Positions 18,109-26,725 of a DNA stretch of 31,988 bases are shown here, piece by piece. A program made the position numbers and the translations under genes. Every line of letters starts with the position of its first letter. The stretch's first letter is position 1. The notes beneath the pieces are model-generated. The model did not search any database, was not told where the DNA came from, and worked only from the letters and a program-made list of their open reading frames with translations. The stretch comes from Desulfobacteraceae bacterium (lineage in GTDB: Bacteria; Desulfobacterota; DSM-4660; Desulfatiglandales; HGW-15): the NCBI GenBank assembly GCA_050124735.1, contig JASFEQ010000005.1, forward strand, positions 1 through 31,988. The letters run 5' to 3'.

Positions 18109-20277
18109 CTAGCCTTCCAAGATCTTTGGGACTTTAAAGTAGCTGGATTCCTCGTTCGGTGCATTTGCCATCAGGGATTCCGCTTCACTTGATTTTCTCG
18201 GTTCGTCCTCTCGCCACACGTTCTTCATTTCCAAGACGTGGCTCATGGGCTCCACATTTTCCGTATCTAACTCTTGCAGCGCCTCAAAGTGTTCCAACAC
18301 GGCATTTAACTCCTTCTGATAGGCGTCTGCCTCCGGATCGGTGATTTTCAAGCGAGCAAGCTTTGCCACATGCTTCACCTCGCCTATGGAAATTCTTTCT
18401 AACTCTGCGAGAGGACGCCCAACCGCATCTTCTTGTGCCGCCCCTCTCAATCCTATTACGGGTCTTCCCGCAATACCGGCAGAGCCCAAACCCAACTCCT
18501 TGAGCTGTGATCTGTCCACAGGAGAAGGTGCCAGGGTCAATGGACACAGGGCACTCCGATTCTTAGGAAAAGCGATCACATCTCTGATGGATGCTGTTTT
18601 CAAGATCATCGCAATGACCCTGTCTAGGCCAAGGGCAAGGCCGCCGTGCGGTGGGGCACCGTATTCCAAGGCTCTCAGAAAGAACCCGAACTTGGTCTCC
18701 ACCTCCCCAGGGCTCAACCCTAAGGCCCTGAAGATCTTATCTTGGACTTCCATCTCATGAATACGGATACTACCCCCGCCCAGTTCCTCTCCATTTATGA
18801 CCAAGTCGTAGGCCCTGGAATTCAGACCCAGCAATTCCTCCTCGTTTGTGGAATCGAAATCGGTCCGATCAGGCATGGTGAAGGGATGATGCTGGGAGCC
18901 CAACCTTCCATCCTTGCGTTCAAAGAGGGGGAAGTCGGTCACCCATATGGGGCAATAGCGATCTTCAGGGATCAGCCCAAGCCTTTCAGCCACGTGAAGG
19001 CGTAGGCTACAGAGGGCCTTGTCCATAAGTTCCACGGAGGCATCGGCAATCATCATGATGACATCACCATCCTCAGCGTTGAAGCGTTCTCTGATTGCCT
19101 CTTGCTCGGTCGGAGAGAAAAACTGGGCAATGTTTGACTCCAGATTCCCATTAATCACTTTCATCCAGGTCATCCCTTTTGCCCCAAATGAAGGGACAAT
19201 CTTTAGAGCGTATTCATTTTGGAGGACATTCTTGCTTAATCTACCCGCCATACCCTTCACGCAGAACCCCTTGATCTGGCCACCCTGCCCAATGACCTGA
19301 CGGAAAATCGTGTAGCCGGTATCTTGAACAATGTCCGTCACCTCTTCGAAGGACATGTCAAAGCGTGTATCCGGGCAATCGGTGCCATAACGACCCATCG
19401 CCTCCCTGTAAGTCATCCGTGGAAAGGGGCTGGGCACGCGGATCCCTCCCAGGGCAAACATCCGGACGGTTAGCGCTTCTATGACGTCATAAATGAATTC
19501 CTCATCGATGAAGGCGGCCTCCATGTCCAATTGTGTAAACTCCGGCTGCCTGTTGGGTCTTAGATCCTCATCACGAAAACACCTCGCTATTTGAAAGTAG
19601 CGGTCCAAGCCGCTCATCATGAGAATTTGTTTGAAGAGTTGAGGAGACTGGGGAAGCGCATAAAACTTACCCTGATGGACCCGACTGGGGACCAGATAAT
19701 CCCTGGCGCCCTCAGGCGTGCTCTTCGTCAGGAAGGGTGTTTCGATTTCGGTGAAGCCGAGCTCGTGGAAATAGTCACGAATGCATTTCATGATCTCGTG
19801 TCGTTTGATGAAGAGACCCTGAACAGAGGGACGCCGAAGATCCAGGTATCTGTATTGCAACCTGAGTTCTTCGTCCACATTTTCTGGGCTGGACTGGATC
19901 TCTTCCCCAAAAACCATGGCTTTTTCAGAGATCAGAAAAGGCAGGATTTTTGCTTTAGAGAGTATCTCAAGCTCTGTGGCGAACACTTCCACATCTCCCG
20001 TCTCCAGATTGGGATTTTCCGTTCCCTTTTGCCTACGTCCCACCTTTCCTCGCACCTCCACCACGTACTCTTCTTTTAGCGTGGTGGACCTTTCGTAGCT
20101 TTCCTTGTTCACATGGGGATCGAAAACGACCTGCACGATCCCCCGGATGTCCCGCAGATGAATGAACAGCAAGTTCCCATGGTCTCGAATGGCGTCCACC
20201 CAACCCATGAGCAGTACATCTCTTTCCATATCAGAGGTCCTCAAGGACCCACAGTAAACCCTATCTCTCCACTTCAT
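18109..20277 (-). CDS. aspS: Aspartyl-tRNA synthetase with in-frame C-terminal GatC domain (AspS-GatC fusion)
   Basis: 722 aa. Residues 1 to about 595 are AspRS ('GWVDAIRDHGNLLFIHLRD', class II motifs, 'AFPKN'). A Gly/Ala/Arg linker follows. The last roughly 95 aa, 'RISIGEVKHVAKLARLKITDPE...VEPMSHVLEMKNVWREDE...NAPNEESSYFKVPKILEG', are unmistakably GatC (about 18112-18400). Confidence 0.85.
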   Translation of the reverse strand: MKWRDRVYCGSLRTSDMERDVLLMGWVDAIRDHGNLLFIHLRDIRGIVQVVFDPHVNKESYERSTTLKEEYVVEVRGKVGRRQKGTENPNLETGDVEVFATELEILSKAKILPFLISEKAMVFGEEIQSSPENVDEELRLQYRYLDLRRPSVQGLFIKRHEIMKCIRDYFHELGFTEIETPFLTKSTPEGARDYLVPSRVHQGKFYALPQSPQLFKQILMMSGLDRYFQIARCFRDEDLRPNRQPEFTQLDMEAAFIDEEFIYDVIEALTVRMFALGGIRVPSPFPRMTYREAMGRYGTDCPDTRFDMSFEEVTDIVQDTGYTIFRQVIGQGGQIKGFCVKGMAGRLSKNVLQNEYALKIVPSFGAKGMTWMKVINGNLESNIAQFFSPTEQEAIRERFNAEDGDVIMMIADASVELMDKALCSLRLHVAERLGLIPEDRYCPIWVTDFPLFERKDGRLGSQHHPFTMPDRTDFDSTNEEELLGLNSRAYDLVINGEELGGGSIRIHEMEVQDKIFRALGLSPGEVETKFGFFLRALEYGAPPHGGLALGLDRVIAMILKTASIRDVIAFPKNRSALCPLTLAPSPVDRSQLKELGLGSAGIAGRPVIGLRGAAQEDAVGRPLAELERISIGEVKHVAKLARLKITDPEADAYQKELNAVLEHFEALQELDTENVEPMSHVLEMKNVWREDEPRKSSEAESLMANAPNEESSYFKVPKILEG

Positions 20278-20347
20278 AAAAATGTCCTAAAATCTCATCA
20301 GGAAATTTCCAGCCCATTGATATCAAAGGCTTTTACGCAAACCAACT

Positions 20348-20376
20348 ATTTTAGTTGATTACGTGATGACAATCAA
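20348..20376 (-). promoter_or_regulatory. Candidate sigma70 promoter for the aspS-gatCAB operon (-35 TTGATT, 17 bp, -10 TAAAAT) embedded in the inverted repeat AGTTGATT-N10-AATCAACT
   Basis: The hexamers read on the minus strand. The palindromic arms overlap the -35 and -10 hexamers, which is operator-like. Confidence 0.3.
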
Positions 20377-20856
20377 CTGCATTTTCTTATCAGATTTGAA
20401 TTTCTGCGTTACCCTCATCCCCCGCCCTGTTAAATTCTTGCTACGCGAGACGGCGAAGCCGATTTAACAGGGCAAGTCACTGCGGCGTACTTCTATTTAC
20501 GCCTCATTCTTCAGGATTTGTCCGCGCTTCGCTTGGACTCCCCACCCTGTGGGCGGGTCCCCAGTTTCGTCCCGCAGCAAAGCCTGCGGGATGGACATTT
20601 CCCATCAGACTCTCAGAAGTCGGTTTTTCGACAGTCTTGTTGGGATGTGTGCCCCATGAGTATTCATCAACAGGGGACGTGCAACCAGGGCCTAATCCTA
20701 ATAAAGGCGGGCAAAAGGAGAAAGACAAAAAATACATTTTTGTATAAAAATAAAAAGCTTTTTACAAAATTGTATTATGTTGGAATACACACATGGGGGT
20801 CCTTTTTTCGTTCTATGTGCTTGATACTACGTAAATTTTAAAGAATTCTATTCAAA

Positions 20857-20871
20857 TGGCACACCGCTTGC
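20857..20871 (+). promoter_or_regulatory. sigma54 promoter TGGCAC-ACCGC-TTGC driving the PII gene and probably the downstream nitrogen cluster
   Basis: A perfect -24 TGGCAC / -12 TTGC with a 5-nt spacer, 37 nt upstream of the ATG. An AT-rich IHF-like tract (20700-20800) lies upstream, with GGAGG 10 nt before the start. Confidence 0.6.
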
Positions 20872-20907
20872 TCTAAAGGTCTTCAACTCGACGGAGGTAT
20901 TCAAGCC

Positions 20908-21246
20908 ATGAAGTACGTTATAGCCATGATTCAGCCCCATATACTGAATGATGTGAAACAGGCACTGTTTGATAATGAGATTTACAGCATGACGGTCAGT
21001 AATGCATTGGGGTGCGGCAATCAGATGGGTTACACGGAAACCTACAGAGGCGTGATGCAGGAAGTGAACCTTCTGAAAAAGGTGAGACTTGAGATTGCAG
21101 TGAATGACGATTTTGTGGAACCCACCATTGAAGCGATCATCAAGGGATCAAGGTCAGGAAATATGGGAGACGGAAAGATCTTCGTGCTGGATCTCCCTCA
21201 ATGTATCAGGATAAGAACCCTCGAAAGAGGGACGAAGGCCATATAA
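20908..21246 (+). CDS. PII nitrogen regulatory protein (GlnB/GlnK family), T-loop lacks Tyr51
   Basis: 112 aa. '[18 protein letters not shown]' and '[20 protein letters not shown]' match the PII B-loop and C-terminus. The T-loop reads '[17 protein letters not shown]', so the uridylylation-site Tyr is replaced. Confidence 0.85.
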   Translation: MKYVIAMIQPHILNDVKQALFDNEIYSMTVSNALGCGNQMGYTETYRGVMQEVNLLKKVRLEIAVNDDFVEPTIEAIIKGSRSGNMGDGKIFVLDLPQCIRIRTLERGTKAI

Positions 21247-21370
21247 ACCCCGGAGTGATGGAGCACTGGAGTATTGGAATAAGGAAAAGGAAGACATTTT
21301 TTCTTCTAGTTCCATCACTCCTATACTCCATTACTCCAATACTCCAAAGCTCTGTTAAGGAGGTCTAGCG

Positions 21371-22636
21371 ATGTTAGGTGTATGGATTGGAATTGCTGTC
21401 ATAGCGGTACTGATTATTTTGGCTTTTATTAAAGCGAACCTGAGGATTTGTCATCCAAATGAAATCCTCGTCTTTTCAGGTAGGAAGAGGAAACTAAAAG
21501 ATGGAACAGTTGTGGGATACAGGGTGATCAAAGGAGGTCGTGGTCTCAAAATTCCCATCATTGAATCGGTAACCCGGTTGCCTCTGACAACCATCCCCAT
21601 CGACCTGGAGCTTTCAGGAGCACTTACCAGCGGAATCATTCCTATAAACCTTCAAGCAATGGCCAATGTGAAGATAGCGGGCAGCGAGGAGGAAGGCCTA
21701 TCCAATGCACTGGAGAGGTTCTTGGGAAGGAACATTACTGACATTTCGCAGATCGCCAGGGAAAACCTGGAGGGTAGTTTACGAGGAGTGCTCGCCACTT
21801 TAACCCCAGAGGAAGCGAATAACAATAGGCTCGAGTTTTCGGAGAAAGTGGCACAACAGGCAAGAAGTGATCTTAGGAATCTCGGCCTGGTCCTTGATAC
21901 CTTCAAGATCAAACATATCTCTGACAACGAAGGGTACTTGGAGGCGATCGGAAGGAAAAAGAACGCCGAGGTCAGAAGGGATGCCAAAATTGTTGAAGCC
22001 AACGCGGAAGCTGAGGCGATGCTGGTGGCTGCGGAAGCGAAGAAAAAGGGAAGAGTGGCAGAGCATGAGGCAGATGTCAGCATCGTGGAGGCAGAAAACA
22101 AGCTTCGCGTGAGACGGGCGGATTTGGCTGCAGAAGCTCACAGGTTTGAAGCCAGAGCCAATGTGGCCGGTGAGATCGCGCGGATAGAAGAGGAACAGAA
22201 ACTGGAAGAGCAACGGGTTGAGATGAACAAACACAAATATGAAGCAGATGTGGTTGTCCCTGCTCGAGCGGAAAAAGACGCCATGGAATTAAGGGCCATG
22301 GGTAAAGCAGCCAATATCATTGAAGACGGCAAGGCCATGGCAGAGGCCGTGAGATCCATGCGACAAGAGTGGGAGAAGGAAGATACGAGAGATCTCTTCC
22401 TGATCCAACAGCTACCCGACATCTTAGATAAGATAACTCGTGTGGTCGCTGAGAATCTATCTATTGATAAGGTGACCATAGTGGATAGCGGCAACGGCAG
22501 CGGTGTGCCGGCGTATGTCCACGGCGTGACGGGTTCTATCGTCTCCATATTCGAGCAGATAAAAAATGCCACAGGCCTGGACATTCCCGAAATCCTTCAA
22601 GCCAGAGGCAAGGGCACCGGGGAGTTCACAGGCTAA
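21371..22636 (+). CDS. Flotillin-like SPFH/band-7 membrane protein
   Basis: 421 aa. It has an N-terminal TM helix, an SPFH core, and a long Ala/Glu-rich coiled-coil ('EANAEAEAMLVAAEAKKKGRVAEHEADVSIVEAENKLRVRRADLAAEA'). Confidence 0.8.
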   Translation: MLGVWIGIAVIAVLIILAFIKANLRICHPNEILVFSGRKRKLKDGTVVGYRVIKGGRGLKIPIIESVTRLPLTTIPIDLELSGALTSGIIPINLQAMANVKIAGSEEEGLSNALERFLGRNITDISQIARENLEGSLRGVLATLTPEEANNNRLEFSEKVAQQARSDLRNLGLVLDTFKIKHISDNEGYLEAIGRKKNAEVRRDAKIVEANAEAEAMLVAAEAKKKGRVAEHEADVSIVEAENKLRVRRADLAAEAHRFEARANVAGEIARIEEEQKLEEQRVEMNKHKYEADVVVPARAEKDAMELRAMGKAANIIEDGKAMAEAVRSMRQEWEKEDTRDLFLIQQLPDILDKITRVVAENLSIDKVTIVDSGNGSGVPAYVHGVTGSIVSIFEQIKNATGLDIPEILQARGKGTGEFTG

Positions 22637-22675
22637 TTTCCTCACTCTGCCTTCCCTCGAGGAGACCATGTCATA

Positions 22676-22768
22676 ATGTCATTGCGAGGGAGTGTAACGA
22701 CAGAAGCAATCTCATAAGACATCGAAAACAACGAGATTGCCACGCTCCCTTTGGTCACTCACAATGAC
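22676..22768. repeat. Intergenic palindromic repeat element, copy 1 (GTCATTGCGAGG...GCAATCTC-N-GAGATTGCCACGC...CACAATGAC)
   Basis: It shares ordered conserved blocks with 27337-27455. It contains the internal hairpin GCAATCTC/GAGATTGC and imperfect terminal inverted repeats. Confidence 0.5.
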
Positions 22769-22833
22769 CAAAAGGGGATTGCGACACAGCCTCATAAGGG
22801 TGAGGGCGGGGTGGGGGTGAGAGGAGGAGATTC

Positions 22834-24162
22834 ATGTCAATCAGAACCAAAAGAGATGTGATGAAGATTGTCAAAGAAAGAAATGTAAGTTTTATCCAGA
22901 TCTGGTTTACAGATATCTTGGGAATATTAAAAGGTTTTGCCATTGCACCTTCGGAACTGGAAAGTGCATTGACAGAGGGGATGGGTTTCGATGGCTCCTC
23001 TATCGAGGGGTTCGCCCGGATCGAGGAGAGCGACATGATTGCAATGCCCGATCCTTCAACCTTCGGATTCCTTCCTTGGCGGCCAAAGGAGCGGCCCGTG
23101 GCCCGCATGTTCTGCGATATCCTGCAGCCAGATGGGTCCCATTATGAGGGGGACCCACGGTATGTTCTAAAGCGTGTGTTACAGAGGGCCGCTGACAAGG
23201 GTTATAAACTCTATTTGGGCCCTGAACTGGAGTTCTTCTACTTTGCAAACAATGAGAAACCGGAGACAATCGATAAGGGTGGGTATTTTGATACCAGACC
23301 TCTAGACCTTGCAAGCGACCTGAGGAGAGACACCATTTTCACGCTTCAGGAAATGGGCATACAGGTGGAATACAGCCACCATGAAGTGGCCCCCAGTCAG
23401 CACGAGATTGATTTGCGTTATGATGAGGGGCTGAAGATGGCGGACAATACCATGACCTACCGGGTGGCAGTCAAAGAGATCGCCCGCAAACATGGATATT
23501 ATGCGACTTTCATGCCCAAGCCCATCTTTGGAGAAAACGGCAGTGGCATGCACACACATCAATCCCTTTTCAGAGGCGATATCAACGCCTTTTATGAGCC
23601 CAGTGATCAGTACCATCTCTCCGATATCGCGAAATCATACATCGCAGGTATCTTGAACCACGCCCGAGAGATAACAGCAATCACTAACCAGTGGGTCAAC
23701 TCATACAAGCGACTGGTCCCCGGTTACGAAGCACCGGTCTATATCTCTTGGGCGCGGCGCAATCGCTCAGCAATGGTAAGAGTCCCCATGTACAAACCGG
23801 GCAAAGAGCAGGCGACCCGTATTGAATATCGCTCGCCCGATCCGGCCTGCAATCCTTACCTCGCATTTGCTGTGATGTTGGCTGCGGGACTGAAAGGGAT
23901 AGATGACAACTACTCGCTTCCTGACCCGGTAGAAGAGGATATCTACGAGATGGATGAGGCAGCAAGGGAAAGGGCTGGCATTATCTCTTTGCCTGGAAGC
24001 CTCTTTGAAGCGGTTCAGGAGCTTGAGAAGAGTGAATTGGTTCGAGAGACACTTGGAGACCACATCTTCAACAAGTTCATCGCAAACAAGAAGATCGAAT
24101 GGGACCGATACCGCATACATATCAGCGGGTATGAAATTGAGAACTATTTCCCAATTCTCTAA
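22834..24162 (+). CDS. glnA: Glutamine synthetase type I-alpha, second paralog (442 aa, about 75% identical to the first)
   Basis: Has the same GS motifs ('KPIFGENGSGMHTHQSL', 'NRSAMVRVP'). A GAGGAGGAG SD lies upstream. Confidence 0.9.
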   Translation: MSIRTKRDVMKIVKERNVSFIQIWFTDILGILKGFAIAPSELESALTEGMGFDGSSIEGFARIEESDMIAMPDPSTFGFLPWRPKERPVARMFCDILQPDGSHYEGDPRYVLKRVLQRAADKGYKLYLGPELEFFYFANNEKPETIDKGGYFDTRPLDLASDLRRDTIFTLQEMGIQVEYSHHEVAPSQHEIDLRYDEGLKMADNTMTYRVAVKEIARKHGYYATFMPKPIFGENGSGMHTHQSLFRGDINAFYEPSDQYHLSDIAKSYIAGILNHAREITAITNQWVNSYKRLVPGYEAPVYISWARRNRSAMVRVPMYKPGKEQATRIEYRSPDPACNPYLAFAVMLAAGLKGIDDNYSLPDPVEEDIYEMDEAARERAGIISLPGSLFEAVQELEKSELVRETLGDHIFNKFIANKKIEWDRYRIHISGYEIENYFPIL

Positions 24163-24185
24163 ATCCCCTCGCCTGCGCCCTCGCG

Positions 24186-24233
24186 GGATTCGCCTGCCCG
24201 TCCCGGGCCGGTACGGGCCGGGGAGGCGAATCC
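24186..24233. other. GC-rich extended hairpin (GGATTCGCC...GGCGAATCC with internal CGGGCCGG repeats) downstream of glnA2
   Basis: 9-bp perfect outer arms enclose GC-rich imperfect inner pairing. It is probably a transcript-stabilising or terminator structure, or a REP-like element. Confidence 0.3.
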
Positions 24234-24331
24234 GATGGCGGACGGGCGAGAGCAATGGCGGGCAGGCCTCTATTCCCCTTTACAAAGAGGGAAGATTAAG
24301 GACTCACTCTGCGGAAATGAAAGACAATGTT

Positions 24332-24352
24332 CCCCCCTTTGCTAAAGGGGGG
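24332..24352 (+). terminator. Hairpin CCCCCCTTT-GCT-AAAGGGGGG, weak terminator candidate
   Basis: A 9-bp stem with a 3-nt loop. The T-tail is weak (AATTTTGG). Confidence 0.3.
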
Positions 24353-24412
24353 CAGGGGAATTTTGGAACAGATTGACCATGGATGATGTGAGTTCGAATT
24401 GTGGAGTTGGAT

Positions 24413-25141
24413 ATGGCAAAAAGATTTCTCACTTTTCAACATATGCCCTGGGAAGGACCAGGTATCCATCTCCTGCGATCTGCCAAAAGGTGGGGAGTCC
24501 AGCTGGAGGTGATTGAGGTATGGCGTCAGCCCATTCCCGATCTTGCCCCTTATGACGCTTTGATTGTCCTAGGCGGCGAGCCCAATGTGAATCAGGAAGC
24601 GAAGTACCCTTTCTTGAGCGCTGAAAAAGCGGCTATCCGACAATCCATTGCTGAAGACAGACCTTACCTTGGTTTTTGCCTGGGTCACCAATTGCTTGCT
24701 GATGCCTTGGGGGCCAATGTGGGGGATAATTTCTGCCGCAGTGTGGGATTCATTGAAGGGCAGGTTACAAAAGAAGGGAGCCAACACCCCCTATTGCGGC
24801 GTCTTCCACAAACCTTTCCCCTGTTCAAGTGGCATACTCAGACCATCTTACCGCCCGTGCCCAAACACATTGAGGTTTTGGTTACATCGTCGGAATGTCT
24901 GGTGGAGGCAATTTCGGTAACCAAAAGAGCGCATATCGTTGGCTTGCAGTTTGATAATCACGCGGCTACCCGTGTGAATGTGACCAAATGGCTGAAAGAG
25001 GATAGCAAGTGGGTCTCGCATTCGCCGAGTTTCAACCCTTCCAAGGTGTTAACAGACGCAACGCTGCTGGAAAGGCCAGCGGGAGAGCAATTTGAGGTAC
25101 TTTTCGGCAACTTTATGAGGTTGGTCTTAGGCCCAGATTGA
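24413..25141 (+). CDS. Class I glutamine amidotransferase-like protein (stand-alone GATase1)
   Basis: Has 'YLGFCLGHQLL' (nucleophile Cys elbow) and 'VGLQFDNH' (His region). The track ORF starts at GTG 24401. ATG 24413 with GGAG 6 nt upstream is preferred. Confidence 0.7.
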   Translation: MAKRFLTFQHMPWEGPGIHLLRSAKRWGVQLEVIEVWRQPIPDLAPYDALIVLGGEPNVNQEAKYPFLSAEKAAIRQSIAEDRPYLGFCLGHQLLADALGANVGDNFCRSVGFIEGQVTKEGSQHPLLRRLPQTFPLFKWHTQTILPPVPKHIEVLVTSSECLVEAISVTKRAHIVGLQFDNHAATRVNVTKWLKEDSKWVSHSPSFNPSKVLTDATLLERPAGEQFEVLFGNFMRLVLGPD

Positions 25142-25209
25142 TCTAAATCATACTCATCGGTCTCATGGTAGGGGCGGGGTGAGGACAAAGAAACAGGAGG
25201 CTATCACAA

Positions 25210-26592
25210 ATGGCAAAGAAAATTTTGATCACGACTTTTATCGCCTTACTGGTGTTTGGATGCATGGTGCATGTTGCAATGGCTGAAAACCCAACTGAGG
25301 CCCCCACGTCTGCTCAGGAAGTATGGTCTGACAAAAGTGTGGCAATCGATACGGGCTGGACCCTTTTTGCAGCCGTCCTGGTCATGTTCATGCAGGCTGG
25401 TTTTGCCATGCTTACAGCGGGGTTCTCACGCTCCAAAAATGCCGGGAACATGTTAATGAAAAACCTCATGGATTTCTGTTTTGGAAGTATCGCTTTTTGG
25501 GCCATAGGGTTTGGTTTGATGTTTGGGGCAGGTAATTTTCTGTTTGGTACGAGCGGCTTTTTCCTCACTGACTCTGGTGGAACATTTTCTGCTTTGAGCT
25601 GGAGCAAGGTCCCCTTGGAATGCAAGTATTTTTTCCAGCTGGTTTTTTGTGCGACTGCCGCCACCATTGTGGCCGGGGCCATGGCAGAGAGGACGAAGTT
25701 TGTGGCCTACATCTTCTACAGCATCGCAATCACCGCGATCATCTATCCCATTGTGGGACATTGGATTTGGGGGGGTGGCTGGTTAGCCGAGTTGGGCATG
25801 TGGGATTTTGCGGGATCCACTGTGGTCCATTCCACAGGAGGCTGGCTTGCACTAAGCGGTGCCATCATGCTGGGGCCAAGGACGGGCAAGTACGCTGCTG
25901 ACGGCTCTTCAAATGCTATCCCTGGTCACAATATTCCCTTGGCCGCATTAGGGACGTTTATTCTCTGGTTCGGATGGTTTGGGTTTAATCCTGGAAGCAC
26001 CATGGCACTCGTCCCCGAAATCGCACATATTGCTGCCGCGACCAATATTGCTGGTGCGGCAGGGGGAATAGCGGCCATGATCGCAGCCTGGTGGATGTTT
26101 AAGAAGCCCGATGTGAGTATGGCCCTCAATGGCGTCCTCGGCGGTCTGGTCAGTATTACAGCCTCCTGTGCTTTCGTATCTTTAGGCAGTGCCATATGGA
26201 TCGGCATTGTGGGAGGCGTCTTGGTCGTACTAGCCGTATACTATATTGATCAGTTTCTGCATGTGGACGATCCGGTGGGAGCGATCGCTGTTCATGGGGT
26301 CTGCGGGTCTTGGGGGACACTGGCCCTGGGTCTGTTTGCCCAAGACAAATTCTCTCCAGGAACAACGGGCAACGGCCTCTTTTTTGGGGGAGGGGTGAAG
26401 CTGCTTGGCGCTCAGGCCCTTGGGGTTATCTCCGTGTTTGCTTGGAGTATGGCAATCGGATTCCTCCTGTTTTATGTGATCAAGAACCTGGTGGGTTTGC
26501 GTGTGAGCAGAGACGAAGAACTGCGCGGGCTTGACATTGATGAACACGGTATGGAGGCTTATCCCGGATTTTCCATCTTTACCACCCAGTAA
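25210..26592 (+). CDS. amtB: Ammonium transporter (Amt family) with signal peptide
   Basis: 460 aa. It has Amt signatures 'DFAGSTVVHSTGGW' and 'GAIAVHGVCGSWGTLALGLF', with 11 TM segments after a cleavable leader. An AGGAGG SD lies upstream. Confidence 0.9.
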   Translation: MAKKILITTFIALLVFGCMVHVAMAENPTEAPTSAQEVWSDKSVAIDTGWTLFAAVLVMFMQAGFAMLTAGFSRSKNAGNMLMKNLMDFCFGSIAFWAIGFGLMFGAGNFLFGTSGFFLTDSGGTFSALSWSKVPLECKYFFQLVFCATAATIVAGAMAERTKFVAYIFYSIAITAIIYPIVGHWIWGGGWLAELGMWDFAGSTVVHSTGGWLALSGAIMLGPRTGKYAADGSSNAIPGHNIPLAALGTFILWFGWFGFNPGSTMALVPEIAHIAAATNIAGAAGGIAAMIAAWWMFKKPDVSMALNGVLGGLVSITASCAFVSLGSAIWIGIVGGVLVVLAVYYIDQFLHVDDPVGAIAVHGVCGSWGTLALGLFAQDKFSPGTTGNGLFFGGGVKLLGAQALGVISVFAWSMAIGFLLFYVIKNLVGLRVSRDEELRGLDIDEHGMEAYPGFSIFTTQ

Positions 26593-26705
26593 AAAACCCT
26601 TGACAAAGTGGCCTGAAATAATAAGGTAAATAATGGGATTCCGCACAAAGGTGTACGGAGGTTTTCCAGGCAATCTGACAAAGGCGTCTATCTTCTACGG
26701 GAAGG

Positions 26706-26725
26706 AAGGCGCCTTAATTTTTTTT
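26706..26725 (+). terminator. Intrinsic terminator after amtB (palindrome AAGGCGCCTT followed by T8)
   Basis: A GC-rich self-complementary decamer immediately followed by 8 T. Confidence 0.5.

Noticed and set aside
21652-22584. Ser/Ala-rich 144-149-aa ORFs on the minus strand inside floT.
   Set aside because: They are the antisense shadow of the Ala/Glu-rich coiled-coil region of the flotillin gene. The composition is low-complexity.
22637-22833. Searched for a sigma54 promoter directly upstream of glnA copy 2.
   Set aside because: No GG-N10-GC element with consensus flanks was found. The spacer is occupied by the palindromic repeat element. glnA2 is probably read through from the upstream sigma54 promoter at 20857.
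24385-24395. GTTCGAATT resembling a tRNA T-loop.
   Set aside because: There is no acceptor, D or anticodon stem complementarity around it. It is the RBS/start region of the GATase gene.
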